DNA from: an uncultured Gemmatimonadaceae bacterium
Lineage (GTDB): Bacteria > Gemmatimonadota > Gemmatimonadetes > Gemmatimonadales > GWC2-71-9
NCBI GenBank assembly: GCA_964465315.1
Contig: CAYXIK010000007.1
Span: 18,840-82,839, forward strand
DNA length: 64,000 nt
Reading direction: 5' to 3'
Under the pieces are notes generated by a model. The model was given only the letters and a program-made list of their open reading frames with translations, did no database searches and had not been told where the DNA came from. The translations under genes and the position numbers were made by a program. This document shows, piece after piece, positions 50,711 to 60,569 of this stretch. How positions within the stretch are numbered: the first letter of the stretch is position 1; each line of letters begins with the position of its first letter.

Positions 50711-52185
50711 TCCCGGTCGAGCCCGAGCCGCCGCACCCGACTATGGCGCACGCTGTACAGGAAGTAGATCGAGGCGCCGATCGCCATCCAAAGACCGAAC
50801 CGCAGCCAGGTGAGGAGGGGCAGGTTCACCATCAGATACAGGCAGAACAGGGCCGACACGATGGGCAACACCGGCACCCACGGCGTCCGGAACGGCCGGG
50901 GCCGGTCGGGCTCGCGACGCCGAAGGACCACGATCCCGAGCGCCACGAGCACGAACGCGAACAGCGTGCCGATGTTCGTGAGCTCGAGGACCCAGCCGAT
51001 CGGGGCGAACGCCGCCGAGACCGCGACGAACACGCCCGTGATGATCGTGGTGAGGTGCGGCGTCTTGTACTTCGGGTGCAGGCGGGCTGCCCAAGGCGGC
51101 AGGAGGCCGTCCCGCGCCATCGACATGAAGATCCGCGCCTGGCCCAGCTGGAAGACCAGCAACACGGACGTCATCGCGGCCACGGCCCCGAGGGCGAGGA
51201 TCCCCGCCGCCCAGTCGGCGTGAATGTATTGCAGCGCCACCGCAAGGGGGTCCGCCACGTTGAGCTTGTCCCAGGGAATGAGTCCCGTGAGCACGAGCGC
51301 GATCGCTACGTACAGTACCGTGCACACGATCAGCGAGGTGATGATCCCGAACGGGATGTCTTTCTGCGGATGCTTCGCCTCTTCCGAGGCCGTGCTCACC
51401 GCGTCGAATCCGATATACGAGAAAAAGATGATTGCGGCGCCGACACTGATGCCCTTGAGGCCGTTGGGCGCGAAACTCGGCGTGGTCCACTCCGCCGGCT
51501 GGATGTACTTGAGTCCGACGAACAGGAACAGCCCGATGATCCCCACCTTGATCGCGACCATGGTGGTGTTCACCCGGGCCGACTCCTTGGTCCCGATCAC
51601 GAGCAGCCAGGTGATGATCGCGACGATCGCCAGGGCGGGAAAGTTGAAGATGATGGGTATCGGCCCGATGTGCGGCGCGGCGGCCACGAGGGCCGGGTCG
51701 GCGAGGGCTGACCGCAGGTCGGTGACGAGCCACCGAGGCATCGTCACCCCCAGACCCCGAAGCAACGAATCGAAGTAGCCCGCCCACCCGATCGCCACCG
51801 CGATGTTCCCGACTGCGTACTCGAGGATCAGGTCCCAGCCGATGATCCAGGCGACGAGCTCGCCGAGCGTCGCGTAGGCATACGTGTACGCGCTCCCCGA
51901 GATCGGGATCAGCGCGGCGAACTCGGAGTACGTGATTGCGGCGAGGGCGCTCGTCGCGCCCGCGAGCAGGATGGAAACGACGATCGCTGGCCCCGCCCCC
52001 ACGTGGCCGGCGTCCCCGCTGATGGCCGTGCCGATCGCGGCGAAGATCCCCGCCCCGATGACCGCGCCGATCCCGAGAGCGGTGAGCTGCAGCGGCCCGA
52101 GCGAGCGCTTCAGGCCGCCGCCGGCCTCCCCGTCGGCGATGCACTGGTCGACGGTCTTCCGACTGAACAGCTGGTTTCTAGACAA
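50707..52185 (-). CDS. amino acid permease (APC superfamily)
   Basis: 492 aa, containing LKRSLGPLQLTALGIGAVIGAGIF, with about 12 transmembrane segments. Confidence 0.85.
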   Translation of the reverse strand: MSRNQLFSRKTVDQCIADGEAGGGLKRSLGPLQLTALGIGAVIGAGIFAAIGTAISGDAGHVGAGPAIVVSILLAGATSALAAITYSEFAALIPISGSAYTYAYATLGELVAWIIGWDLILEYAVGNIAVAIGWAGYFDSLLRGLGVTMPRWLVTDLRSALADPALVAAAPHIGPIPIIFNFPALAIVAIITWLLVIGTKESARVNTTMVAIKVGIIGLFLFVGLKYIQPAEWTTPSFAPNGLKGISVGAAIIFFSYIGFDAVSTASEEAKHPQKDIPFGIITSLIVCTVLYVAIALVLTGLIPWDKLNVADPLAVALQYIHADWAAGILALGAVAAMTSVLLVFQLGQARIFMSMARDGLLPPWAARLHPKYKTPHLTTIITGVFVAVSAAFAPIGWVLELTNIGTLFAFVLVALGIVVLRRREPDRPRPFRTPWVPVLPIVSALFCLYLMVNLPLLTWLRFGLWMAIGASIYFLYSVRHSRVRRLGLDRE

Positions 52186-54313
52186 AGAGCGGCGCCAGCA
52201 CCAGCGTCACCGTGCTCAGCAGCTTGATGAGCACGTGCAACGACGGACCCGCGGTGTCCTTGAAGGGATCACCTACCGTATCGCCCACGACGCCGGCCTT
52301 GTGGGCCGGGCTGCCCTTGCCACCGTACTCCCCCGTCTCAATGAATTTCTTGGCGTTGTCCCAAGCCCCGCCCCCGTTGTTCAAGAGCGTCGCCATCAGG
52401 ATCCCGCCGATCGTGCCGACCATGAGGAACGACGCCACAGTCTCGGCGCCGACATGGAACAGCACCTTGAACACGAGCCCCACCGCGATCGGCATCCCGA
52501 CGGCGAGCAGGCCGGGCGCGACCATCGCCTTGAGAGCACCGATCGTCACGATGTCGACGGCCCGCCCGTAGTCCGGGCGCGACGTGCCCTTCAGGATCCC
52601 GGGGTCGGACTGAAATTGCCGACGCACCTCCTGGATCACGCTCACGGCCGCCTTGGTCACCGCGCTGATGGCGAGGGCGGAGAACCAGAATACCAGCATG
52701 GCGCCGAGCAGGCCGCCCACGAACACTTCGGGCTTCGAGATGTCCACCGCCGCGAGCGGCGAGCCGAGCGCCGCGACCTCGTCCAGAAAAGCGGAGAAGA
52801 GCAGGAACGCCGCGAGCGCCGCCGAGCCGATGGCGTATCCCTTGGTCAGGGCCTTGGTCGTGTTGCCAACAGCGTCGAGGCGGTCGGTGCGCTTGCGAAT
52901 GTCCTCCGGCTGATGAGACATCTCGATGATCCCGCCGGCGTTGTCCGTGATCGGACCGAACGTGTCCATCGCCAGGATGTAGGCCGCCGTTCCGAGCATG
53001 CCCATGGTCGCAACGGCAGTCCCGAACAACCCTGAATGGGCGAGCCCGCTCGACGCGCCCAGCTTGTACGACGCAATGATGGCCGCCGAGATCGTGAAGG
53101 TCGGTAGCGCCGTGCATTCGAGCGCCACGGCGAACCCCGCGATGATGTTCGTCGCCGGCCCCGTGACTGAGGCGGCGGCGATCGATTTGACGGGGCGGTA
53201 GCGGTACTCGGTGTAGTACTGGGTGATGTAGACGAACGCGATGGAGGTGACGATGCCGATGACGCCGCATAGCGCGAAATGCCACCACGCATCGGGGTGG
53301 CTGGGCGGATTGAGCAGCCAGTAGGTGCCGCCCGCGAATCCGAGAGCCGCGAGCACGGCTGTCCACATGTAGCCGCGATTCAACGCGTGCATGGGGTCTT
53401 CGTCCTCGCGGGCCTTGACGACCAGCACCCCGACGATGGACGCCACCAACCCGAACGCGCGCGCCACCAAGGGGAACAGCATCAGGCCCACGACCTGCAC
53501 CGGGGTGAACACGCCGGGGTTGGCGAGGGCGAGGCCAGAGCCGAGAATCATAGCGCCGATGTTCTCCGCGGCGGTCGACTCGAACAGGTCGGCGCCACGT
53601 CCCGCGCAATCTCCCACGTTGTCGCCCACCAGGTCCGCGATTACCGCCGGGTTGCGCGGATCGTCCTCCGGGATCCCCGCTTCCACCTTGCCCACGAGGT
53701 CGGCGCCCACGTCGGCGGCTTTGGTGTAAATCCCGCCGCCCAGTTGTGCGAACAGCGCCACGAACGACGCGCCGAAGCCGTATCCCACGATCATCAGCGG
53801 AATCTTGGTCGGCTCGAACTGCAGCAGGTCCAGGATCGTGTACAACAGCCCCACGCCGAACAGGCTCATCGCGACGACGAACAGCCCGCTGACCGCGCCG
53901 CCCCGAAGTGCGATCTGAAGGGCCTTGTTCAGGCTCGAGCGGGCCGCGCTCGCCGTGCGGATGTTGGCCCGCACAGCGACGTACATGCCGATCACGCCGG
54001 CCACGCCCGAGCACAGCGCGCCGAACAGGAACGACAGCGTCGTCGTGAGCGCCAAGGTCGCCGCGGCCGGCTCCCCCGGGTGCGGCTTCCGGAAGAACGC
54101 ATAGAGGACGTAGATGAGCACGCCCAGGGCGATACTCAGGGCCCCGATCGTGCGGTACTGACGCCGCAGGAACGCTTCCGCGCCCTCCTGGATCGCGTCG
54201 GAAATCTTCCGCATGTCGGGGGTGCCGTTGTCCTGCCGCAGGACGTAGCCTCGCAGACTCCAGGCGACGACCAGGGCCAGGACTGAGAGCCCCAGGACGA
54301 GAGCAATGAGCAT
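52178..54313 (-). CDS. hppA: membrane-bound proton-translocating pyrophosphatase
   Basis: 711 aa. Contains GDNVGDCAGRGADLFES, AAGNTTKA-like GNTTKALTKGYAIGSA, and DTVGDPFKDTAGPSL. Confidence 0.95.
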   Translation of the reverse strand: MLIALVLGLSVLALVVAWSLRGYVLRQDNGTPDMRKISDAIQEGAEAFLRRQYRTIGALSIALGVLIYVLYAFFRKPHPGEPAAATLALTTTLSFLFGALCSGVAGVIGMYVAVRANIRTASAARSSLNKALQIALRGGAVSGLFVVAMSLFGVGLLYTILDLLQFEPTKIPLMIVGYGFGASFVALFAQLGGGIYTKAADVGADLVGKVEAGIPEDDPRNPAVIADLVGDNVGDCAGRGADLFESTAAENIGAMILGSGLALANPGVFTPVQVVGLMLFPLVARAFGLVASIVGVLVVKAREDEDPMHALNRGYMWTAVLAALGFAGGTYWLLNPPSHPDAWWHFALCGVIGIVTSIAFVYITQYYTEYRYRPVKSIAAASVTGPATNIIAGFAVALECTALPTFTISAAIIASYKLGASSGLAHSGLFGTAVATMGMLGTAAYILAMDTFGPITDNAGGIIEMSHQPEDIRKRTDRLDAVGNTTKALTKGYAIGSAALAAFLLFSAFLDEVAALGSPLAAVDISKPEVFVGGLLGAMLVFWFSALAISAVTKAAVSVIQEVRRQFQSDPGILKGTSRPDYGRAVDIVTIGALKAMVAPGLLAVGMPIAVGLVFKVLFHVGAETVASFLMVGTIGGILMATLLNNGGGAWDNAKKFIETGEYGGKGSPAHKAGVVGDTVGDPFKDTAGPSLHVLIKLLSTVTLVLAPLFV

Positions 54314-54367
54314 AGTGGGCTGTAGCTCCTTGGAGCCCGCCTCGGGCGGGGGCGGGCGTCGACGAGT

Positions 54368-55123
54368 CTAGTTGCTGCGCGTGTAGCGGATGGAGAAGAC
54401 GCTCGCCACCGGCTGCCCGCGCTGCGTGGCTGGAACGAACCGGGTCTCCATCATCAGGGCCACGAACGCTCGCCGGCACTCCTCGTCCGTCGGCGGTGGG
54501 TCGACCTCGACCCGTGTGGGCTGTCCGTCGGCGGCTACCCAAAACGAAACTTCAATCCGCCCTCGAGAAACGGAGTTGAGAATGCACTCCGGGGGCCGAG
54601 GGATTACTCGGCGAGGTTGGGCGGAGACAATGTAACCACCTTCGCCTCCCGTTCCAGACCCCGGACCGACCCCGCCCCCCGCCCCCCGCTCCGCGCCCTG
54701 CCCGCCCGCGGTGCTTCCACCCCCGCCTCCCAGCCCAACAGTGGGGGGCGCGAGCGTGGTCCGCGGGATGTCGAGTGGCGGCAGGTCCACCGGGATTCGT
54801 CGCAACACGGACAAGTCCGAAGGCACGATTCGCGGCGCGGCCGCGACATCTACCGCCGTGGGCCCTCCCTTTGGCAGCGTGAAGAAATTGATCTGTCGCC
54901 CAGCCGGGCTGGCGCCGCCAGCCGTCTGCCCCGAGTGCCGTGCCGGCCGCCCCAGGAGCAACCCGATGACCGCGGCGTGCGTCAGCACCGCCAGCGCGGT
55001 GCCCGAGCCGAGGTGCCGGCGGCCCAGCGGTAAGCGGAGGCCAGGGAGCGGGGAAGGCAGCGCGGTCACGGCAATAGCATACCCCGCCAAAACGAAAGTA
55101 GGGACGCCAGGAGGCGCCCCCAC
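54368..55123 (-). CDS. TonB-like protein (Gly-rich linker, C-terminal TonB_C-like domain)
   Basis: 251 aa with one transmembrane segment (ALAVLTHAAVIGLLLG) and a Gly-rich spacer. The C-terminus reads ...RIEVSFWVAADGQPTRVEV...RFVPATQRGQPVASVFSIRYT. Confidence 0.65.
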   Translation of the reverse strand: MGAPPGVPTFVLAGYAIAVTALPSPLPGLRLPLGRRHLGSGTALAVLTHAAVIGLLLGRPARHSGQTAGGASPAGRQINFFTLPKGGPTAVDVAAAPRIVPSDLSVLRRIPVDLPPLDIPRTTLAPPTVGLGGGGGSTAGGQGAERGAGGGVGPGSGTGGEGGYIVSAQPRRVIPRPPECILNSVSRGRIEVSFWVAADGQPTRVEVDPPPTDEECRRAFVALMMETRFVPATQRGQPVASVFSIRYTRSN

Positions 55124-55146
55124 GGTACCGGTGCGCGACAGGCCGG

Positions 55147-55566
55147 CTACTTCTTGGCCTGCTCCGGCGGTGTGAAACCGATCACCTGGACGCCCGCTCC
55201 GTGGGCGATGTCCATGGCCTGCATGACGTCGATGTACTTGCGGTTCGGCGCCGCCTTGATGAACAGCAGCTTGGCCGGGCGCGGGTCGTAAATCTGATGG
55301 AAGGCCTGCTCGAGCTGACTGACGGCGTACGGCTGCCCGTTGATGGCGTAGGACCCATCAGCCTTGAGCTCCAGTACGATCTGGCTCTGCGGCGGCGACT
55401 TCTGCTTCGTCTGTTGCTCGGGCGGCACTTGCACGTCGAACGCCTTCCGGGACATCGGCTGAGTGATCATGAAGATGATCAGCAGCACCAGCAGCACGTC
55501 GATCAGCGGCGTGACGTTGATTTCGGAGCTGAGCCCCTCACCGCCGCCCGTGGACCCCATTGCCAT
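55147..55566 (-). CDS. exbD: ExbD/TolR family biopolymer transport protein
   Basis: 139 aa, containing EINVTPLIDVLLVLLIIFMI. Confidence 0.85.
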   Translation of the reverse strand: MAMGSTGGGEGLSSEINVTPLIDVLLVLLIIFMITQPMSRKAFDVQVPPEQQTKQKSPPQSQIVLELKADGSYAINGQPYAVSQLEQAFHQIYDPRPAKLLFIKAAPNRKYIDVMQAMDIAHGAGVQVIGFTPPEQAKK

Positions 55567-55569
55567 GGG

Positions 55570-56022
55570 TTACGACCCTTTCTTCTTGACGAGCGACTGC
55601 TTCTGCTCGGTGATGGCGCCCACCACGCGAACGCCCGCCTTCCGCGCGATCTCGATCGCCTGTTGGACGCGCGCGAAGGCGATATCCTGATCCGCCTTCA
55701 GGAACAAAATCTTGTCCGTCGTGCGAGTGGCGTAGAGGGCCTCCAGCCGTCCCGGCAGCTCCTCGTCGGAAATAGGCTTTGGCCCGCCCCCCAGGTCGAG
55801 AAAGAACTTCCCGTTCTGGTCGATCCCGAGCCGGATCTCGTCCGACCCTTCCGGACGGTTCTCGGGGTTCTCCGAGCGTGGGATGGTCGCCTGAAAGCCC
55901 TTCGCGATCAGGGGCGTGACGATCATGAAGATGATCAGCAGCACCAGCATCACGTCGATGAGCGGCGTGACGTTGATGTCGGCCTTAACCGCCGCCCGGG
56001 CGCTAGTGGCTGACAGGGCCAC
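55570..56022 (-). CDS. exbD: ExbD/TolR family biopolymer transport protein
   Basis: 150 aa, containing DINVTPLIDVMLVLLIIFMI. Confidence 0.85.
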   Translation of the reverse strand: MALSATSARAAVKADINVTPLIDVMLVLLIIFMIVTPLIAKGFQATIPRSENPENRPEGSDEIRLGIDQNGKFFLDLGGGPKPISDEELPGRLEALYATRTTDKILFLKADQDIAFARVQQAIEIARKAGVRVVGAITEQKQSLVKKKGS

Positions 56023-56752
56023 TGGTCTGCGACGCCTTCTGCGTCTGGAATTCCTTGGTGAAGATCGAACGGCCGAATTCCGACCCGACGCTCTTGATCA
56101 GGTAGTCGATCAACTCCTTCGAGGTGTACGTCATCTCGACGGAGAGGAAGTCGATCTTCGTCGTGAAGTAGTTGTAGAGCCACACCGCCGGAATCGCGAC
56201 GATGAGGCCGAATGCCGTCGTAATCAACGCCTCGGCGATACCCGAGGAGACCGACGCCAACGACCCGCCACCACCCGAGGCCGCCATGCCGGTGAACGCG
56301 TTGACGATACCCATCACCGTTCCGAGCAGCCCGACGAACGGCGCCGTGGAGCCGGTCGTCGCGAGGATGCCCAGGCCGCGCTTCAGCTCGGCCGACACGA
56401 TAAGGATCTCGCGCTCCACCGCCCGCTCCACCGAGTTGATGTCGGCGGCGGTGATCGTGGCGCGGTCGCGGAGCAGCGGCTTCACCTCGGAGAGGGCTTC
56501 ACCCACCACGCGAGCCACGTGGCTCTTCTTCTGCTTCTCGGCGAGTCGGATCGCTCCGTCGAGCTGCTCCTCTTGCAGGAAGCGGGAGAACTCCGGAGCG
56601 AACTTTCGCGTCTCGCGTTGGGACCGGACGATCTGGACCAACTTTTGGACCGCGTTCGCCCACGAAATGATCGACATGATCAACAGAATGATCACGATCG
56701 CTTTGGCGAACGGACCCATCGAGACGAACAGGTCGTAAAGCGAGAGGCTCAT
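56003..56752 (-). CDS. exbB: MotA/TolQ/ExbB proton-channel protein
   Basis: 249 aa, containing LATTGSTAPFVGLLGTVMGI...ALITTAFGLIVAIPA. Confidence 0.85.
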   Translation of the reverse strand: MSLSLYDLFVSMGPFAKAIVIILLIMSIISWANAVQKLVQIVRSQRETRKFAPEFSRFLQEEQLDGAIRLAEKQKKSHVARVVGEALSEVKPLLRDRATITAADINSVERAVEREILIVSAELKRGLGILATTGSTAPFVGLLGTVMGIVNAFTGMAASGGGGSLASVSSGIAEALITTAFGLIVAIPAVWLYNYFTTKIDFLSVEMTYTSKELIDYLIKSVGSEFGRSIFTKEFQTQKASQTSGPVSH

Positions 56753-56771
56753 GTGGGGAGGCTCCTTGGTG

Positions 56772-57449
56772 TTATTGCTTGATCCGGAAGTCGATCGGGA
56801 GCTGAATCAGCACCCGCACCGCCCGGCCGTGGACCCGCGCGGGTCGGAATAAGGCCTTGAGCAGATAGTTCCTGGCGGACTGGTCAAACCCGGGGTTGGG
56901 GCTTTGCAGCACCTTGACGGAGTTCGGCTCCGCCCGCCCCAGCGTGTCGACGATCGCCTGGGCGAGCACGCGACCCGATATCCCGGCCTGCCGCAGCAGG
57001 TCCGGATACTGGAGCGTGGGGCCCGACAATACGGCGGGTTTCTCCTCGACGATCGCTTCCATGAACACTTCGTTGCCCGTCGGCACCATGCCCGTGGCGA
57101 GCCCGCCCTCCACACCCGTGCCCGAGTAGTCCTTCGGATCGAAGTGCTCCTGGAGGTTCACCGGCGGAATATTGGTCGGGATCACATCCGGTGCCACGAC
57201 GGTCTGGAAGCCCTTGAGGGGCACGTCGAGCTGGACCGGCTGCTGCTCGGGCGGCTTTTCCTGCTTCGGTTGATCGACGAACACCATCGCCGTGTCCACC
57301 TTGACGCTGTTGTCCGTCTGACCGGCGTTCAGAGTCGCGTACACGGCGGCTCCGATCACCACCGTGTGGATCACGAGCGACGCCGCGCTCAAGCCGAACC
57401 CGCGACGCCGATTCTTCCTGCGCCTCGATTCGATCAGATTGTCGAACAC
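56772..57449 (-). CDS. tonB: energy transducer TonB
   Basis: 225 aa with a GTG start and an N-terminal transmembrane segment. Has a Pro/Gln-rich spacer (KQEKPPEQQPVQ). The TonB_C domain contains YPDLLRQAGISGRVLAQAIVD...RPARVHGRAVRVLIQLPIDF. Confidence 0.8.
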   Translation of the reverse strand: MFDNLIESRRRKNRRRGFGLSAASLVIHTVVIGAAVYATLNAGQTDNSVKVDTAMVFVDQPKQEKPPEQQPVQLDVPLKGFQTVVAPDVIPTNIPPVNLQEHFDPKDYSGTGVEGGLATGMVPTGNEVFMEAIVEEKPAVLSGPTLQYPDLLRQAGISGRVLAQAIVDTLGRAEPNSVKVLQSPNPGFDQSARNYLLKALFRPARVHGRAVRVLIQLPIDFRIKQ

Positions 57450-57597
57450 GGGCTATTTGACCTCCGGTCAAGTCCGTAACTACCTAGAGAAATAGTGTCA
57501 GATTTCGGCCGCCCGCTAGTGGACCCCCCATTACAAAACGATGACAGCTGGGTGAGGGGTCGCCCACCATCCTGCTGGCCCCCTGCGGCCGACGGCC

Positions 57598-58347
57598 CTA
57601 GCCGCGAAGATTGAGGCGCCATTGCAGTAGCACCCGGACGGTCCTCCCCTGCGCCCGGCCCGGCGCGAATCGCAAGCGACGCACGTGATCGATCAGCGGC
57701 CCCGCCAGACTAGGGCTGGGTGACGACACGACGGTGGCCGATTCCGGCTCGACCGCCCCGGACGTGTCGACCACGAAGCGGACCACGGCGACGCCGCCCA
57801 TTACGGGCGCGCCCGTCGCCCCGCTCACGATTACCGTCCGTGCCTCGGGCGAGAGGGCGCGTGGCGTCTGATCGAGACCGTGGCATTCGGGGAGGCAGCT
57901 ATAGGTAGTGTCCTGACGGGGCGCCGCCGCGAGCCTGCCCAGTGCCGCCGACGGGTGCGCCAAGGCCGGGGGTTGGACGCTCCGCCGGATGGCTTCGAAC
58001 TCGATCGCGAGGGTCGAGTCGATCTGCGCGAGACCCGCCACCTCGAGCCGGGGGTCGATCAGCAGCGCTTCCCGAAACGATTCACGCGCCAGGCTGTCGC
58101 GTCCTTTGAAAAACTGAAGGACGCCCCGCCACACGAACGCGTTCATGCGGTCGGTGCTCGTGCCCGCGGTGCTCGAGTCGAGCGCAACCCGCACCAGCGC
58201 GAGCCCGGAGTCCACGTTGCCCGCGCGGAGCTGGACCCGCGCGGCCGTCACGAGGTCGGCCGCGCGTGTCTGTGCGCTCAACTGCCCCGGCACTCCGAAC
58301 CAGCTGGCGGCGACCATGCCGACGAGCACCATGCTCACCACTCGCAT
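57598..58347 (-). CDS. secreted protein with a TPR-like N-terminal region and a TonB_C-like C-terminal domain
   Basis: 249 aa with a signal peptide. The C-terminus reads GGVAVVRFVVDTSGAVEPESATVV...RFAPGRAQGRTVRVLLQWRLNL. Confidence 0.5.
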   Translation of the reverse strand: MRVVSMVLVGMVAASWFGVPGQLSAQTRAADLVTAARVQLRAGNVDSGLALVRVALDSSTAGTSTDRMNAFVWRGVLQFFKGRDSLARESFREALLIDPRLEVAGLAQIDSTLAIEFEAIRRSVQPPALAHPSAALGRLAAAPRQDTTYSCLPECHGLDQTPRALSPEARTVIVSGATGAPVMGGVAVVRFVVDTSGAVEPESATVVSSPSPSLAGPLIDHVRRLRFAPGRAQGRTVRVLLQWRLNLRG

Positions 58348-58420
58348 CGGGCGCTTAACGTACGGCTGGGTCCTGCCCGCGTCGAGTCAACGATTGGCCC
58401 TCCGCGAAAAAGCGATGACG

Positions 58421-59899
58421 TTACGGTCGCGCCGCGGGCGGCGAAGGCGGGGAGGACGAGGGCGTCCAGGGCAGGACGACGGTGAATGTGGTGCCGCGCC
58501 CCGGCCGGCTGATGACGCCGATTTGGCCACCATGCGCTTCAGCGATCCACTTGCAGATCGCCAGGCCGAGGCCCGCGCCTGGCCGCTCGCCCGTGCGAGT
58601 CCGGGCGGAGTCCGCGCGCCAGAAGCGGTCGAAGATGTGCGGCAGGTCGCCCGGCGCGATGCCGATGCCGGTGTCGGCGACGCTCAGGGCCACGCGCCCG
58701 TTCGCCGGACCGAGCTGCATGCGCACGCTGCCGCCCGCGGGCGTGTACTTCACGGCGTTGGTCACCAGGTTCAGGATCAACTGGCGGATGCGGCTCGCGT
58801 CCACCGAGACGATCACGGGCTCGGCGGGGGTCGCGACCTCCATCGTGACCCCCGCTTCCTCCGCTAGGAGCTCACCGGTCTCCTGAACCTCGGTGACGAT
58901 GCCCCGCAAGTCCACCGGCTCTCGATGGAGCGACGCGATCCCCTCGTCGGCGCGCGCGAGCATGAGCAGCGCGTCCACGAGCTCGGACATCCGCTTGATC
59001 TCCTGCAGCGTCTCCTCCAGCGTCACGAGCGTTTCTTGCGAGAGATTTGGCGTGGTGATCGCGCGCTCGACCCCCGCGCGCAGCACGGTGAGCGGCGTCT
59101 TGAGCTCGTGGCTTGCGTCCGCCGTGAAGCGCCGCAGCGCGGCGAAGTTGCGCTCCAGCCGCGTCAGCATCTGGTTGAGCGTCTCTATGAGCCGTCCCAC
59201 CTCGTCCTTCACCACGGGCACCGCCAGACGACGATGCAGGCTGCGCCCGTCCGTAATCTCCCGTACCTCGGTGATGATCTGATCGACGGCCGTGAGGGCG
59301 CGGCTGGCGATCCAGCTTCCCAGCAGCACGGCGGCGATCAAGCCCAACGGCAGAACGAGGGCGAGGGTCGAGAGCAGCTGCTCGGGACCGACCTCGGCCA
59401 GGCGAACATTCGCGCCGGCGAGGATCGCGCCAAACTGAGGTCCGGCATCGCTGACGTAATGCACCGCGTAGCGGATCGTGGGACCGTCGGGCCCGAGCTG
59501 GAGCGTGCCGGAGGCCCGACCGGAGATGGGCGCGCTCGTCAACCCGCGCAACTGCTCGACCTGCTGAAACGTGAGCGCCCGGGCGTCCGACGAGGCGAAC
59601 AGGAGGCTGCCGTCGCGGGCCGTGATGACCAGGAACTCGGGAACCGCCTCGAGCAGGGCGGAGAGGTCGGGGATGAGCACCGGATGAGCCGCGCTGTCGG
59701 CTCGCACCAGGACGCCACGGGCGCGGTAGCTCTCGGCCAGGATGCCCGCGGTGAGGGACGCCTCCGACTGGATGCGGCGGTCCAGATCCCGATAGGAGGC
59801 GTTGCGGCGATCTAGGTAGAGGACGGTGGCAAAGGCGGCGAGCGTCAGGGCGAGGGCCACCGAGTACCACGCGGTGAGACGCCCGCGGATCGTCTGCAT
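58421..59899 (-). CDS. sensor histidine kinase (two transmembrane segments, HAMP, HisKA, HATPase_c)
   Basis: 492 aa with the H-box FTADASHELKTPL. Also has an N box, G1 (DTGIGI) and G2 (GAGLGLAI). Confidence 0.85.
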   Translation of the reverse strand: MQTIRGRLTAWYSVALALTLAAFATVLYLDRRNASYRDLDRRIQSEASLTAGILAESYRARGVLVRADSAAHPVLIPDLSALLEAVPEFLVITARDGSLLFASSDARALTFQQVEQLRGLTSAPISGRASGTLQLGPDGPTIRYAVHYVSDAGPQFGAILAGANVRLAEVGPEQLLSTLALVLPLGLIAAVLLGSWIASRALTAVDQIITEVREITDGRSLHRRLAVPVVKDEVGRLIETLNQMLTRLERNFAALRRFTADASHELKTPLTVLRAGVERAITTPNLSQETLVTLEETLQEIKRMSELVDALLMLARADEGIASLHREPVDLRGIVTEVQETGELLAEEAGVTMEVATPAEPVIVSVDASRIRQLILNLVTNAVKYTPAGGSVRMQLGPANGRVALSVADTGIGIAPGDLPHIFDRFWRADSARTRTGERPGAGLGLAICKWIAEAHGGQIGVISRPGRGTTFTVVLPWTPSSSPPSPPAARP

Positions 59900-59900
59900 G

Positions 59901-60569
59901 TCAGGCCTTCACGACGTAACCCACACCACGCACCGTGTGGATCAGCTTCGGCTCGTGCCCGTGATCGATCTTCTTGCGCAATCGCGTGATCACCACGTCC
60001 ACGATATTGGTCCCGGGGTCGAAGTGGTAGTCCCAGGCGTACTCGGTGATCAGGGTACGCGGCATGACGCGCCCGTGGTGGCGCATGAGATACTCGAGCA
60101 CCGCGTATTCCTTTGGTGTCAGCTCGATGCGCTTGGGGCCGCGCCGCACGTCGCGGCTTCCCGTATCGAGCGTCAGGTCCGCGACGTGGAGGACCGGCGG
60201 GGCGATCGCCTTGGGCCGGCGCCCAAGCGCTTCCACCCGAGCGAGCAGCTCCTCCAACGAAAACGGCTTCGTGACGTAGTCGTCGGCGCCCATCTTGAGC
60301 GCCTGGACCTTGAAGTCCACCGCGTCCTGCGCGGTGAGGACGAGGACGGGAATACCGTCGCCCCGGTCCCGCAGCGTACGCAGCACGTCGAGGCCGGAGA
60401 GCGCCGGGAGTCGCAGGTCGAGCACCAGCATGTCGTAATGCCCGCCCGCCGCGAGGCGCAGCCCCTCCGCGCCGTCGCCCACGAGATCGGCATGGAAGCC
60501 AGCCTCGGTCAACCCCCGCTTCACGTACTGTCCGACCGTCTTGTCGTCCTCGACGACGAGGATCTTCAT
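59901..60569 (-). CDS. OmpR/PhoB family response regulator
   Basis: 222 aa, beginning MKILVVEDDKTVGQ and containing DMLVLDLRLP and a winged-helix C-terminal domain ending ..IHTVRGVGYVVKA. The ATG at 60567-60569 overlaps the upstream kinase stop (ATGA). The rest of the 658-aa track ORF is an out-of-frame artefact. Confidence 0.9.
   Translation of the reverse strand: MKILVVEDDKTVGQYVKRGLTEAGFHADLVGDGAEGLRLAAGGHYDMLVLDLRLPALSGLDVLRTLRDRGDGIPVLVLTAQDAVDFKVQALKMGADDYVTKPFSLEELLARVEALGRRPKAIAPPVLHVADLTLDTGSRDVRRGPKRIELTPKEYAVLEYLMRHHGRVMPRTLITEYAWDYHFDPGTNIVDVVITRLRKKIDHGHEPKLIHTVRGVGYVVKA

Noticed and set aside
52338-54542. A 734-aa minus-strand ORF, plus the plus-strand ORF 53279..54286.
   Set aside because: They are alternate-frame or antisense overlaps of the hppA pyrophosphatase gene. 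Their composition is Arg/Gly/Pro-rich and non-protein-like.
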